Origin: Alphaproteobacteria bacterium
Lineage (GTDB): Bacteria; Pseudomonadota; Alphaproteobacteria; SHVV01
NCBI GenBank assembly: GCA_965261735.1
Contig: OZ253470.1
Location: forward strand, 2,880,001 to 2,944,000
DNA: 64,000 nt
Reading direction: 5' to 3'
Within the stretch, counting starts at the first letter, position 1. Every line of letters begins with the position of its first letter. A program made the position numbers and the translations under genes. Under the pieces are notes generated by a model. The model was not told the DNA's origin and searched no databases. It saw nothing but the letters and a program-made list of their open reading frames with translations. Below are positions 14,232-24,917 of the stretch, in pieces.

Positions 14232-15155
14232 GTGCCCCACCTCGCTGTCCTTCTCGCCGTCCTGTTCATGGCCTCGGCCTCGACCGCCGGCAAGACGGCG
14301 GTCTCCGTCGTACCGGTGCCGGAGGTGATCGTCTTCCGTTTCGCGCTGGCGGCGCTGGCGTTGTGGACGGTCGTACTGATCCAGGGCGGGCCCTTGCGCC
14401 TGCGGCAGTTGGCACGGCGCTCGTTTCCGATCGGGCTGATCGAGCCCGGCCTCATCACCTCGATCATCTATTTCGGCCTGTTCTTGACGACGGCGGTGCA
14501 CGCGACCGTGTTCTATGCGCTGATGCCGCTGATCACGTCGCTCCTGGGCCGCGTCTTCCTCAAGGAGGCGATCGCCTGGCCGGTGATCGTCGGATCCGTC
14601 ATCGCGTTTGGCGGCACGCTGTTGCTCATTTCCGCCGCGACCTCACATGGACAGGCATCGTTGGCGGGCGACCTGATGGTCGCGGGCGGGATCGTCCTCG
14701 CCTGTATCGTCCAGCTGTCACTGCGCCGCACCGCGCAGGCGCACGGCCAACCTGCCGTCATCAGCGCCTTCCTCGTAACCGGTGGATTCGTGAGCGGGAT
14801 GGTGATCCTGGCGGTGGCGGCGGCCCTCGGGAGCCGTGCCGGCTCGTTCGCGTGGCCTAGCGTGGTCGGGGCCGACATCTGGGTCTCGCTCTTCTACCTC
14901 GCCTTCGTCAGTGCCTCGGGCTTCTTCCTCTACGCCTACGCCCTGCGCCATATTCCCATTGGCCGATTGAGCCTCTACTTCGTGATGGTGACGCCTCTCG
15001 GGGTTCCCATCGCCGCTACGGTGCTGGGCGAAAGCGTAAACGGCCGCGAACTCACGGCCATCTTCATGGTCATCGCCGGGGTGGCGCTGCCGCCGCTGGT
15101 GGGCGTCACGCGATCGCTGTCGGGCCGCATCCGCCGCGCGGCGGGCACCCCGTGA
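14232..15155 (+). CDS. DMT/EamA family transporter, paralog 3
   Basis: GTG start, PHLAVLL; GLIEPGL, YALRHIPIGRLSLYF. Confidence 0.88.
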   Translation: MPHLAVLLAVLFMASASTAGKTAVSVVPVPEVIVFRFALAALALWTVVLIQGGPLRLRQLARRSFPIGLIEPGLITSIIYFGLFLTTAVHATVFYALMPLITSLLGRVFLKEAIAWPVIVGSVIAFGGTLLLISAATSHGQASLAGDLMVAGGIVLACIVQLSLRRTAQAHGQPAVISAFLVTGGFVSGMVILAVAAALGSRAGSFAWPSVVGADIWVSLFYLAFVSASGFFLYAYALRHIPIGRLSLYFVMVTPLGVPIAATVLGESVNGRELTAIFMVIAGVALPPLVGVTRSLSGRIRRAAGTP

Positions 15156-16060
15156 CCGTTACCCTCTCGCACCTGGCGATGGTGCTCGGCGCCTTTTTCT
15201 GGGCCGCCTCGATGGTATCGGCCAAGCTCCTCATCGATCTCGTGCCGGCCTCCGAGATCGCGGTCGTGCGCTTCCTCATCGGCGCCACGATCCTGTGGCT
15301 CGTCGTCATCGCATCGCGAGTGCCCATGAGAGTGCATCGGGTGGGCTCGCGCTTCCTCATTCTCGGCATGGCCCAACCCGGGCTGGTAACGATGCTGACC
15401 TACTGGGGTCTGCAATATACGAGCGCCATCCACGGCACCGTGATCTTCTCGCTGTTCCCGCTAATCGCCCTGTTGCTCGGCCGCGCCATCCTCAAGGAGC
15501 CGATCACCAGGCCTGTGGTCGCCGGGGCTGCCATCGCGCTCACGGGCACCGTGCTGCTGGTTGCCGATTCCGGCGGCGGTCCGGCATCGCTGCTGGGAGA
15601 CTCCCTCATCGCATTCAGCATCCTGCTTATGGGCTTCGGTCAGCTGCTGCTGCGCCGCGTGGCGCAGCGCCACGACGTGCCGGTCGTGATATCGGCCTAC
15701 CAGCTCGCCGGCGGCGCACTCGGCGGCTTTGCCGCCATGGCCTTCGAGAGTGGCCCGCGGTCGTTCGACTGGATCGCCATCGCGGCCGTCGATACCTGGG
15801 CCTTGCTCGTCTTCCTCGGCGTCTTCGTCAGCGCCGGCGGCTTTTTCCTCTACAACGCCGCACTGCGCCACATTCCCGTCGGCCACATCAGCCTCTATCT
15901 CGTGCTCATGACACCGATCGGCGTACCGCTGGCGGCGCTGGTACTGGGCGAGTCGATCGGCTGGGGCGACGGCTTCGCCATCGCGCTCGTCGTCATCGGC
16001 GTCGCGCTGCCCTCGCTCGCGGGCCTGTCGCGCAGCCGCCGCGCCCGGCTCGAGGCCTAG
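15152..16060 (+). CDS. DMT/EamA family transporter, paralog 4
   Basis: GTGA overlap with paralog 3; SHLAMVL, ALRHIPVGHISLY. Confidence 0.88.
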   Translation: MTVTLSHLAMVLGAFFWAASMVSAKLLIDLVPASEIAVVRFLIGATILWLVVIASRVPMRVHRVGSRFLILGMAQPGLVTMLTYWGLQYTSAIHGTVIFSLFPLIALLLGRAILKEPITRPVVAGAAIALTGTVLLVADSGGGPASLLGDSLIAFSILLMGFGQLLLRRVAQRHDVPVVISAYQLAGGALGGFAAMAFESGPRSFDWIAIAAVDTWALLVFLGVFVSAGGFFLYNAALRHIPVGHISLYLVLMTPIGVPLAALVLGESIGWGDGFAIALVVIGVALPSLAGLSRSRRARLEA

Positions 16061-17202
16061 GCGTCGCCGAACATCCGGTCGATGTAGGCGCCGATGGCGT
16101 TGTGCACCGCCGCCTCGATGTGCGACATCGGGCCCGGGCGGTAGCGCCGCGAGGCCATCGCCGCCTGGAGTGAGCGCACCATGTCGAGGTCCTCCTCGAG
16201 GACGAGCTCGTGGAACTCGCGGTACTGGCGCGCCTTCTCCGCGAAGTCGGCGCGCTCGAAGTAGGACTTGGGGAACAGCGGGTAGGCGATCAGCCGCGTC
16301 CGGGTCGGCGACAGCGGCCACATGACGAAGGGCCGCGCGTAGTCGGCGCGGAAGATGATGTTGAAGTTGGGGGCAAGGTACGACACGCAATTGAAGCTCT
16401 CGCCCGCGCTCTCGAGCCAGGGCATCGTACCGAACAGCGTGCGCCCTCCGGGCACCGCCGGCGCGCGGTCGTAGAAGGAGCAGAAGGCGCCCTGGCCCTT
16501 GAGCCGCAGCGGCAGGGTGGTGATGTCGAAGCCGCGCCCCAGCGTCGTCTTGTGCAGCGTCGCGACGTGATAGAAGTCGAGCAGATTCTCGACCACCAGC
16601 TTCCAGTTGCAATCGAACTCCATGCTGTGCTTCTCGGCTAGCCGGCATTCCTCCTGGTGAAGGAAGGCGAGGTCGGCATCGAGCTCGGCCACGAACTCGG
16701 ACAACGGCCCAGCCTGGCCATCGAAGGTGACGAAAATCCAGCCCGCCCAGACGCCGATCTGGAGTGGCGCGAGCCGGCATGCGGCGGGATCGAAACCGTG
16801 CGCGCCTTCCATATGCGCGGCACCCACGAGCCGGCCCTGAAGGTCGTAGCGCCAGCCATGGTAAGGGCAGCTGAAACCGGTAGCGTTGCCGGCACCGGCC
16901 GCGACCTCGACGCCGCGATGGGCGCACACGTTGGCGAACGCGTGGAGGTTTGCATCACCGTCTCGGGTCACGACGATGGGCTCGCCGAGGACGTCGAACG
17001 TCATGTAGTCGCCCGGGTTCTCGACCTCCTCGACTCGGCCCACGCACAGCCAGTCCTTGAGGAAGATGCGCTCCTTCTCGAGCTGGTAGATGTCGGGGTC
17101 GCTGTAGATGTTGCCCGGCAGGTGGCGCGCCCGGCGCACGGGGGCGCGGGTGGGCCCGAAGGCCTGGGCCGTCAACGCGAGCGGCGCTTTGAGCGTTGCC
17201 AT
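16057..17202 (-). CDS. Rieske non-heme iron oxygenase alpha subunit (choline monooxygenase-like)
   Basis: CAHRG...CPYHGW Rieske motif; NWKLVVENLLDFYHVATLH; EED. Confidence 0.9.
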   Translation of the reverse strand: MATLKAPLALTAQAFGPTRAPVRRARHLPGNIYSDPDIYQLEKERIFLKDWLCVGRVEEVENPGDYMTFDVLGEPIVVTRDGDANLHAFANVCAHRGVEVAAGAGNATGFSCPYHGWRYDLQGRLVGAAHMEGAHGFDPAACRLAPLQIGVWAGWIFVTFDGQAGPLSEFVAELDADLAFLHQEECRLAEKHSMEFDCNWKLVVENLLDFYHVATLHKTTLGRGFDITTLPLRLKGQGAFCSFYDRAPAVPGGRTLFGTMPWLESAGESFNCVSYLAPNFNIIFRADYARPFVMWPLSPTRTRLIAYPLFPKSYFERADFAEKARQYREFHELVLEEDLDMVRSLQAAMASRRYRPGPMSHIEAAVHNAIGAYIDRMFGDA

Positions 17203-17342
17203 GTCTATCGCTCCGGGTTACGCCCGCTAGTATATATCGGCCGCGTCGTGGTGTGGCGCGGGTCGACCGCGGTTGACCGGGCGCGCGTGCCCGGGCAACA
17301 ATTCGAGCGCATCTGCGACTTGCAAGGAAGAAGGGAGACGAG

Positions 17343-17633
17343 ATGTCGGTATTCGTCATTGCACACGTCACCGTGAGCGATCCGTCGTGGATCGAGGACT
17401 ACACTCCCGCGGTACAGGCCCAGGTCGAATCCCACGGCGGCCGCTATTTGGCGCGCGCCACCGAGATCGAGCATATCGAAGGCTCCGGGGCGGTGCCGAG
17501 CGCTGCGGTCATCATGGAGTTTCCCGACGCCGAGCGTGCCAAGGCTTGGTACGCCTCGCCCGAGTACCAACCCTATCTCAAAGCGCGACAGGCCGGCGCC
17601 ACGGCGGACTTCCTCCTGGTCGACGCCCTCTAG
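17343..17633 (+). CDS. DUF1330 domain protein
   Basis: HGGRYLAR..EG..VIMEFPDAERAKAWYASPEYQ. Confidence 0.9.
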   Translation: MSVFVIAHVTVSDPSWIEDYTPAVQAQVESHGGRYLARATEIEHIEGSGAVPSAAVIMEFPDAERAKAWYASPEYQPYLKARQAGATADFLLVDAL

Positions 17634-17665
17634 CGCGGGGCGGGCGCAAATATCAGGAGCGAACA

Positions 17666-18814
17666 ATGGCTTCCACCCCCATCGGCGCACGCACGAGACC
17701 TATCCACGACGACCCCGAGCAGTCCTACACGCTGCCCAGCACCTACTACACCGACCCGGCGATCTACGAGCAGGAGAAGGAGGAGATCTTCTTCAAGACC
17801 TGGCAGCTCGTGGGCTATGGCCCGGACCTGCGCGAGGCCGGGGATTACGTGGCCGCGACGATCCTCGATCAGCCGGTGTTCGTCGTGCGCGCCAAGGACG
17901 GGGATCTGCGCGCCTACTACAACGTGTGCATGCACCGCGGTCATATCCTGCTCGAGGGCACGGGCAACGTGCGGATGATCACCTGCCCGTTCCACGCCTG
18001 GACCTACGACCTCGACGGTAACCTCAAGGCGGCCGACAATTCGGAAAACGTCGCCGGCTTCGAGCATGCCGACTTCTGTCTCCCGGAAATCCAGGTCGAG
18101 GAATTCGCCAACATGGCGTTCGTCAACCTCGATCCGACGGCACCGTCGCTCGCCAGCCAGGCCGCGGGTCTCGAACAGGACATGCGCGACGCGATCCCGC
18201 GCTTCGACGAGCTCAAGTTCGGCCGCCGCGACCGCTTCGAAATCCGTAGCAACTGGAAGGCGATCCAGGATCAGAACAACGAGTGCTACCACTGCCCGCA
18301 CATCCACAAGGGTGTCGGCATCGGCAGTCGCGGCCAGGCCTTCTGGGAATCGACGGAAGGCGAGATTTGGGCGCGCCATCTCGTCCGCCCGGTCGAGGCC
18401 GACCCGCAAGATGCGCACGCCGACCTCCCCTTCGAGATGCGCTCCGGCGATATCGAGCAGATCTACCTGTGGTTCCTGTGGCCCAACATGTTCTTCGTCG
18501 CCCACCGCGGCCCGAGCAACCTCAAGATCATGCACTTCCGGGCCGAGGCGGCGGACTTCACCATCGAAACCATCGACGCCCTGTGCGTCAACGACCCGCC
18601 CGACGAGACCGACATCGCGGCCATGGACTACTTCACCAAGGTCGCCGTGCCGCAGGACAACGCGGCAATGGAGAAGGTGCAGCAGGGCCTGTATGCGCGC
18701 GGCTACACGCAGGGCCGCCTGATCGTCGATGCCGAGCGCTCGATCCGTAGCGAGCATGGCACGCATCAGTTCGACAAGCTGGTGTGGGACGCGCTGCACC
18801 GCGGGCAGGACTAG
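17666..18814 (+). CDS. Rieske oxygenase, CntA/YeaW (carnitine monooxygenase)-like, paralog 1
   Basis: NVCMHRGH..ITCPFHAW, ENVAGF, bridging-Glu motif ECYHCxxxH, FLWPN, GRLIVD..SEHG. Confidence 0.85.
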   Translation: MASTPIGARTRPIHDDPEQSYTLPSTYYTDPAIYEQEKEEIFFKTWQLVGYGPDLREAGDYVAATILDQPVFVVRAKDGDLRAYYNVCMHRGHILLEGTGNVRMITCPFHAWTYDLDGNLKAADNSENVAGFEHADFCLPEIQVEEFANMAFVNLDPTAPSLASQAAGLEQDMRDAIPRFDELKFGRRDRFEIRSNWKAIQDQNNECYHCPHIHKGVGIGSRGQAFWESTEGEIWARHLVRPVEADPQDAHADLPFEMRSGDIEQIYLWFLWPNMFFVAHRGPSNLKIMHFRAEAADFTIETIDALCVNDPPDETDIAAMDYFTKVAVPQDNAAMEKVQQGLYARGYTQGRLIVDAERSIRSEHGTHQFDKLVWDALHRGQD

Positions 18815-18902
18815 CGCTCGTCGCCGCGGCGGCGTAAGGCTGGTATAGTGATGACGGCGGGCGGTGCGCGGCGCTGCCTTGCACGAATCCCGGAGGCAGG
18901 CG

Positions 18903-20069
18903 ATGTCAGTTAGCGCGACCGCACTAAAGCGCAGGGCGAAGTTCCATCCCGAGGCCGACCACTCCGCAACGCTGCCGGGGCGCTACTACCACGACCCCAA
19001 GATCTTCGCCCGCGAGCGGGACGAGATTTTCTTCAAGACCTGGCAGCTCGCCGGTTACCTCGCCGACCTGTGCGAGCCCGGTGACTACATCACGACCCAA
19101 CTGTTCGACCAGAACATCCTTACTGTACGCGGCAAGGACCGCCGCTTGCGCGCCTTCTACAACGTCTGCCAGCACCGCGGCCACGAGCTACTCGTCGGGC
19201 AGGGGAGGCAGAGCATCATCACCTGCCCCTATCACGCGTGGAGCTACGACCTGGAAGGCAAGCTCAAGGCGGCCGGCAACGCCGAGAACGTCGCCGGCTT
19301 CGAGATGGACGACTTCTGCCTCACCGAGGTCCAGGTCGAGGAGTTCGCCCATATGGCGTTCATCAACCTCGACGCGGACGCCCCCTCGCTCGCCAGCCAG
19401 GCCGGCGAAATGGTCGAGCAGTTCCACGCCGCCATCCCCGAGTTCGACCAGCTCAAGTTCGCGCGCCGCGACCCGTTCGAGATCAGGTGCAACTGGAAGT
19501 TCATTTTCGATGCCATGGAGTGTTACCACTGCCCGCACATCCACTCCTCGAAGATGGGGGCCAAGGACTCCTACCTGGAGCCGAGCTTCGAGATCACGAA
19601 CTACGGCATCTGGGCGCGCCACATCGTCCGCGGCAACCGCGACATCACGTCCGACAACAAGCGCAACTTAGCGTTCATCACCGGCGCCAACGACGCCCAG
19701 CAGGACGTGCACATCTGGTGGCTGTGGCCCAACCTGTTCTTCGTCAGCCACCTCGGGCCGGCCAACCTCAAGATCATGCACGGCGTGCCCGTAGAACCCG
19801 AATTCTCGTTCGAGCACGTCGATAATTTCTGTATCAACGACCCCCCGAGCGAGGTCGAGATCGCCGGCATGAACCGCTTCCGCGACATCACCCAGCCCGA
19901 GGACATCTACCCGATGGAGAGCCAGCAGCGCGGCGTCCACTCGGTCGGCTACAGCGAGGGCCGCCTCATGGTCGATCAGGACCGTTCATGGCGCAGCGAG
20001 CACGGCGTGCACCACTTCAACAAGCTGGTGTGGCAGGCGCTCAACGGTGATCGCTACGAAGGGGCGTAG
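18903..20069 (+). CDS. Rieske oxygenase, CntA/YeaW-like, paralog 2
   Basis: NVCQHRGH..ITCPYHAW, MECYHCPHIH, QPED, GRLMVD..SEHGVHHF. Confidence 0.85.
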   Translation: MSVSATALKRRAKFHPEADHSATLPGRYYHDPKIFARERDEIFFKTWQLAGYLADLCEPGDYITTQLFDQNILTVRGKDRRLRAFYNVCQHRGHELLVGQGRQSIITCPYHAWSYDLEGKLKAAGNAENVAGFEMDDFCLTEVQVEEFAHMAFINLDADAPSLASQAGEMVEQFHAAIPEFDQLKFARRDPFEIRCNWKFIFDAMECYHCPHIHSSKMGAKDSYLEPSFEITNYGIWARHIVRGNRDITSDNKRNLAFITGANDAQQDVHIWWLWPNLFFVSHLGPANLKIMHGVPVEPEFSFEHVDNFCINDPPSEVEIAGMNRFRDITQPEDIYPMESQQRGVHSVGYSEGRLMVDQDRSWRSEHGVHHFNKLVWQALNGDRYEGA

Positions 20070-20499
20070 CGCGCGGCGGGATTTTCTCGTCGGGCACAAG
20101 CAACATCAGAGTCCCGATAGCGGGCCCGAGCCGCAAATACGCGACCGCGAGCGCTAGGACGAGGAGCGCGAGCGCTGCGATCCCGTTCTGCAGCGGGGGA
20201 TTGACGGCGTGCGTGACGATCGCCCCGGTGGCGATGATTGCGAGGCCGAGCGCGGCGAAGGTCGCCAAGCCGTTGATGAGAAGCCCGACCACGCCCAATA
20301 TCTCGCCAACGCCGACCAACGTCATGAACCACAGCGGCAACCCGTAGCTCACGAACTGCTCGGCCATCGGTTCGGCACCCATCACCTTGGCGATGCCGGC
20401 CGCGCCGTAAGCAATGACGCAGACGATGATCAGGATCCACACCAGAATGTGGGATCGGCGCGGCTCACTGCCGGTCGAATCGTGAATGATTTGGGACAT
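20041..20499 (-). CDS. DoxX-family membrane protein
   Basis: AGIAKVMG..F..YGLPLWFMTLVGVGEILG..GAIVTH. Confidence 0.8.
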   Translation of the reverse strand: MSQIIHDSTGSEPRRSHILVWILIIVCVIAYGAAGIAKVMGAEPMAEQFVSYGLPLWFMTLVGVGEILGVVGLLINGLATFAALGLAIIATGAIVTHAVNPPLQNGIAALALLVLALAVAYLRLGPAIGTLMLLVPDEKIPPRATPLRSDHR

Positions 20500-20692
20500 G
20501 GTCCAGACTCTCCGTCGCCCAGCGCCGGCGCGGCGCCGGCTGCGAGTGTGCCAAGGAAGCGCTAGGGGGCGCAAGCGCGGCGGGGCGTGCGGCTAGGCCG
20601 GCGCGGTCTCCCGCGAGAACACTATCTTCAGGTACACGGTGAGCAGGCCCGATCAACACGTTTGTTTCTTGGCACTGATTTGTGAAACGAAT

Positions 20693-21797
20693 CTTGCCTA
20701 TCCGGTTAACGCCCATGACCGCTACATGTAGGGTGCCGCCACTCTCCCGAGTAAAGCTCGGCATAGGTTGGAGCAGAGGTGTCGCCCGCGATGCCGAGCA
20801 ATGAGCGGAAGGCGTTGAACGGGTAGAACCGCCTGTTGAAGCGGAAGGTGAACTCGTTGAGGTAGGCTTGTAGGTGCTGGTGGCTAACGCCGTGGTGGAT
20901 ACCGATCAGCCACGTCTTCAGGTTGGCGAAAACCAGATGGATGATCGGCAGGTATTGCTCGGCAACCTCTGGATCACCACACTCGGCAACAGCGAAGTGC
21001 TCATAGCCGCGCTTACCGAGGCCAGCATAGCCGCTCCAATCGTCAGTAACGATCAGCGATCGCGGCGCGACGGTGCTCTCGACGAACCCACAGAGCGACT
21101 CGGCGCTACGGTCGAGCACGACGGCGAGCCGAACGCGTCCGGCATAGCGTCCGTCTTTCCGGTTGTCGAGCTTGGTGCCCGGCTTTCGATGACGCACCTC
21201 GATGGCACAGGAGACGGGAACCTTGTGGTGAACACCACGGCCTTCCCCACGCGTTCGCCCGCCAACCCAGGTTTCGTCCACCTCAACATGGTTCTTGGGC
21301 TGTCCACCGATCCTGTCTTGGTTGGGCCGCACCATGCCCGAGCGGAGCTTGTGGAGAATTTGAAAGGCCGTCTCGTAGCGCGAAAGACCAAGTTGCCGCT
21401 GAAACTGCACGGCGGACATGCCGGGCGTCTGACTGGCGACCAGATAAGCGGCCCAGAACCAGACGTTCAGCGGAGTGTGGCTACGCTCCATCACTGTTCC
21501 CACCGTCAGCCCGGTGTTCTGGCGGCACTTGCGGCAGCGCAGGACGCCAGGGCGGTTTTCAAAGTGGAACGGCTCTCCCGCCGTGCCGCAGTGCGGGCAG
21601 GCAAAGCCGTCTCCCCAGCGGGCTTTCTCCAGGTAGGCGGCGCAGGCCGCATCATCGGGGAAAAGTCGCTGGAACTCGGGTAGCGAATGCGGGAATGGGA
21701 GATCGGCGCGGTCGAGAACATCCATGGCGCGCTCCCCTATATCCGGGTTGCGCCCATTCTAGCCCTAGTGGGTGTGGGTGTAAACCGGACAGGCAAG
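20693..21797 (-). mobile_element. IS1595-family element, copy 2, complete (transposase 20706..21725)
   Basis: Zn ribbon CPHC..CRKC, VEVDET, TDDW, YLNEFTFRFNRR; IRs CTTGCCTATCCGGTT / AACCGGACAGGCAAG; 8-bp TSD AAACGAAT (20685-20692, 21798-21805). Confidence 0.96.
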
Positions 21798-21831
21798 AAA
21801 CGAATATGATGGTTTCACCTAGGAGCGGACG

Positions 21832-23125
21832 ATGGACGCGACGATACACCAGCTACACCCAGTCTTGCCATTCGGGCACTACCTTCGTCTTGGTCACACT
21901 GGGCACAGGAAGCTCGAGGATCTCCATGCGTCGGGCCGATTCGGGATCGACCGCGTGGTGGTTGACGCGGCTCATATCGACGATCAGAGGGAACTTCTGG
22001 ATTCTTTACGAAGTTCAGGAACGGAGATCATCCTCGACCCGAAAGTAGCTGAATTGTCAACGCCTTTTGGTTGTCTCAGCCGAGCAAGTGTATTGCCTTG
22101 GGCGCACGGGGAGGCGCCCTAGTGGCCGAGCAATTCGATCAAGCTAGGATTTGTGACATGGCAGAACGTATTGCCGAGTTCGCGATCGAGCGCCGTGTCG
22201 ATGTGGTTTTAGCGCCGACCCGTCTTCTCGACGAGGGTCCGAAGGACAAGTGGCTGGCGATCGATATTGAGACTTGCCAGGCACTGAGGACATCGCTTGA
22301 TGAGCTGGGTGCGAAGGCTGTTTCGGTCGACTATCCGCTTCTCACACCTATCAGACATTGCTTGACGTTGCAGCCCGGAGGGCTTTGATCTCGCAAATCA
22401 AAGACTTGCCGTTTGACCACCTCTGGCTAAGGATAGCCAATTTTGGATCTGACAAGTCAGCTGCAGGCGTGCGCAAATATATTGACGCCGTGCGAGACCT
22501 TCATGAAATCGGTCGGGCGATTATTGCCGATGGCGTTGGTGGCTTGCCGGCGCTCGGAATAGTCGCTTTCGGCGCCGCGGGTGGTATTTGCCATGGCGTC
22601 GCCGAGAAGGAGCGATTTTATCCTAGCTATTGGCGGCGGCCGCGAGATTCTGGCGGCGGCGGACCAGCGACGCGCATCTATTTCGATCTGCTAGATGCCT
22701 ACCTAAACGTGGGCAACGCGAGAACTCTCCTCGCTACCCGCAGCGCAAAACCCTTGCTGGGATGTCGCGACACGGGGTGCTGCCCTGATGGCTGGGAGGA
22801 TACGATCTTAAACCCAAGGAGACACTATTTGATACGGACGACACGCAGGGTACAAGCGTTGGGTCGAGTTCCGGATTCGCGCCGCGAAGACCATTTCTTG
22901 TCAAAGCAGCTGGCCCCGGTCGACCGCGCCGCCAGAACAGCCACGCGGCTCAAGGTCCCCAACAAACAGATACTTGAAAGACTCTCGCGAATCAGCCGCA
23001 AGACAGACGAGATGCGCCGCGTGCTCGAGGAGCTACACGTGACCGATCACAACCGCCCACGCTCTCGCATCCCGGAGAAAAGAGCTGATCAGTGGCGTCT
23101 GGAAGCGTCGACGGGTGCGAGCTGA
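21832..23125 (+). pseudogene. About 431-aa alpha/beta (TIM-barrel-like) protein with C-terminal Cys/His cluster; frameshifts near 22120 and 22345
   Basis: Three consecutive overlapping ORFs join with two single-base corrections; alternating beta/alpha pattern (RVVVDA, IILDP, VVLAP, LWLRI, IIADG); GCRDTGCCPDG..RRHYL. Confidence 0.65.
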
Positions 23126-23129
23126 GCGC

Positions 23130-23468
23130 ATGAGCAACGCGATTTCGAAGACGATCGAGGACCTGAAAGATCGCGGCGGTCTCAAGAATGTAGACGTCGC
23201 GAATATCATGAATGTCTCGAAGGCGACCATCACGAGATGGTCTGCCGGATCACACTCGCCGCAACCGAAGGCGCAGCTCGTTTTGTCTGATCTGCGCTAC
23301 GTAGTCGATAAGCTCGGCGAATTCTACGCGGCCGACGAGATAAGATTCTGGCTCAACTCGCGCAACGAGCTGCTGGACGGCCAACGCGCAATCGATCTGA
23401 TTCATAGTGGCCACACCGAGGTCGTCCTGGAGGCGATCGAACGCTTTGGCGACACCGCATACATCTAG
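23130..23468 (+). CDS. Antitoxin: Xre HTH plus Xre/MbcA/ParS toxin-binding domain
   Basis: HTH NVDVANIMNVSKATITRW; C-terminal EIRFWLNSRNELLDGQRAIDLI; directly upstream of the RES gene. Confidence 0.88.
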   Translation: MSNAISKTIEDLKDRGGLKNVDVANIMNVSKATITRWSAGSHSPQPKAQLVLSDLRYVVDKLGEFYAADEIRFWLNSRNELLDGQRAIDLIHSGHTEVVLEAIERFGDTAYI

Positions 23469-23545
23469 CAACTCAGATCGTGTCCGACGCTCGCGTTCAC
23501 GACCCGGACCTGCTCGATGCCCTGGAGGCGCTGGAGCCTCAACCG

Positions 23546-24917
23546 ATGGGATGGACGCCCCTCCCGACGGCATCGCGATGTGCCAGGTTGGCGGTGTTGT
23601 TAACGCCAAGCGAGGAAGGGGGCGTCCATGGAACAGGTTCACATGATCGGGATCGATCTGGCGAAGAACAGCTTTCAGCTGCACGGTGCGCGGGCGGATG
23701 GGTCGGTTGCGTTCCGCAAGAAGCTGAGCCGGGCGAAGCTGTTGGACTTTGTGGCTGCGCAGCCACGCTGCACGGTGGCGATGGAGGCGTGCGGCGGCGC
23801 GCACCATTGGGGCCGGGAGATCGGCAGTCTCGGCCATGCGGTGCGACTGGTCCCACCGATCTACGTCAAAGCGTACGTCAAGCGGCAAAAGAACGACGCG
23901 TCGGATGCGGAGGCGATCTGCGAGGCGTCGTCGCGGCCGACCATGCGCTTTGTGGCTGTGAAGACGGAGGAACAGCAGGCTCGGGGCATGCTGTTCCGGA
24001 CGCGCGATCTTCTGGTGCGCCAGCGCACCCAGACGATTAATGCGCTGCGCGGCCATCTGGCGGAGTTCGGTGTCATTGCCCCGCAGGGGCCGGCTCATGT
24101 CGGCCGGCTGGCCTCGGCGCTTGAGGGACCGGCTTCGAGGTTGCCGGAAGCGGTCCGCGAGCTGGCCGGCCTTCTGCTTGAGCAGATCGCCGGCCTCGAT
24201 GCGAAGATTGCGGGCCTGGAGAGGGAGGTCCACGTGAGAGCACGGCAGGATGAGGAGGCGAGGCGCCTGATGAGCGTGCCGGGGATCGGGCCGATCAGCG
24301 CGATGGCAATCCAGGCCTTCGCACCGCCGATGGAGAGTTTCCGGCGCGGCCGCGACTTCTCCGCTTGGCTCGGCCTCGTGCCGCGCCAGCACACGACCGG
24401 CGGCAAGCCGAAGCTGGGCAAGATATCGAAGATGGGCCAGCGCGATCTGAGACGGCTGCTGATCACAGGCGCGATGACTGTGGTCCGCTGGGCGGTTCGG
24501 CGCGGCGTGACGACGGACCCCTGGCTGGCCGGGATGCTGGCGCGCAAGCCGAGGATGCTCGTCGCGGTGGCGCTGGCCAACAGGATGGCGCGCATCGTCT
24601 GGGCGCTACTGACGAAGAAGGAGAGCTACCGGGCTCCCGCCACCGCCTGAGAGAACGGCGAAGTGCGGGAAGCCGTCGGGGATGTGGGCACGACGGAGGA
24701 CAGGTAAGGGCAAAGGTCAACGAGACCGGGTTGGGAAAACCAGCATCCGAACGGAGAGCTTTCAAGCTCGCGTAACCGATTTGGACCCAATCCGCGTATC
24801 TCCATACGGGCCCGCGGCGTGTCATCTGCCGCATAGAGAGGCCGGACACACGACAGCACCTGACCGCATGCACCGAGCCGACCAAAAACTGCTTGCATCA
24901 ACGGGGGCGTCCACACA
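23546..24917 (+). mobile_element. IS110-family (IS1111 group) element 1; transposase 23628..24650
   Basis: GIDLAK, MEACG, KNDASDAEAI, GLVPRQHTTGGK; subterminal IRs TGGACGCCCC / GGGGCGTCCA; core CG at both junctions. Confidence 0.95.
24651..24900 (+). ncRNA. Putative bridge/seek RNA of IS1111 element 1 (ends approximate)
   Basis: Structured 3' non-coding end; ACACACGA (24846-24853) equals the predicted circle junction; AACCG (24774-24778) and CGAACGG (24748-24754) match the two target strands. Confidence 0.7.
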
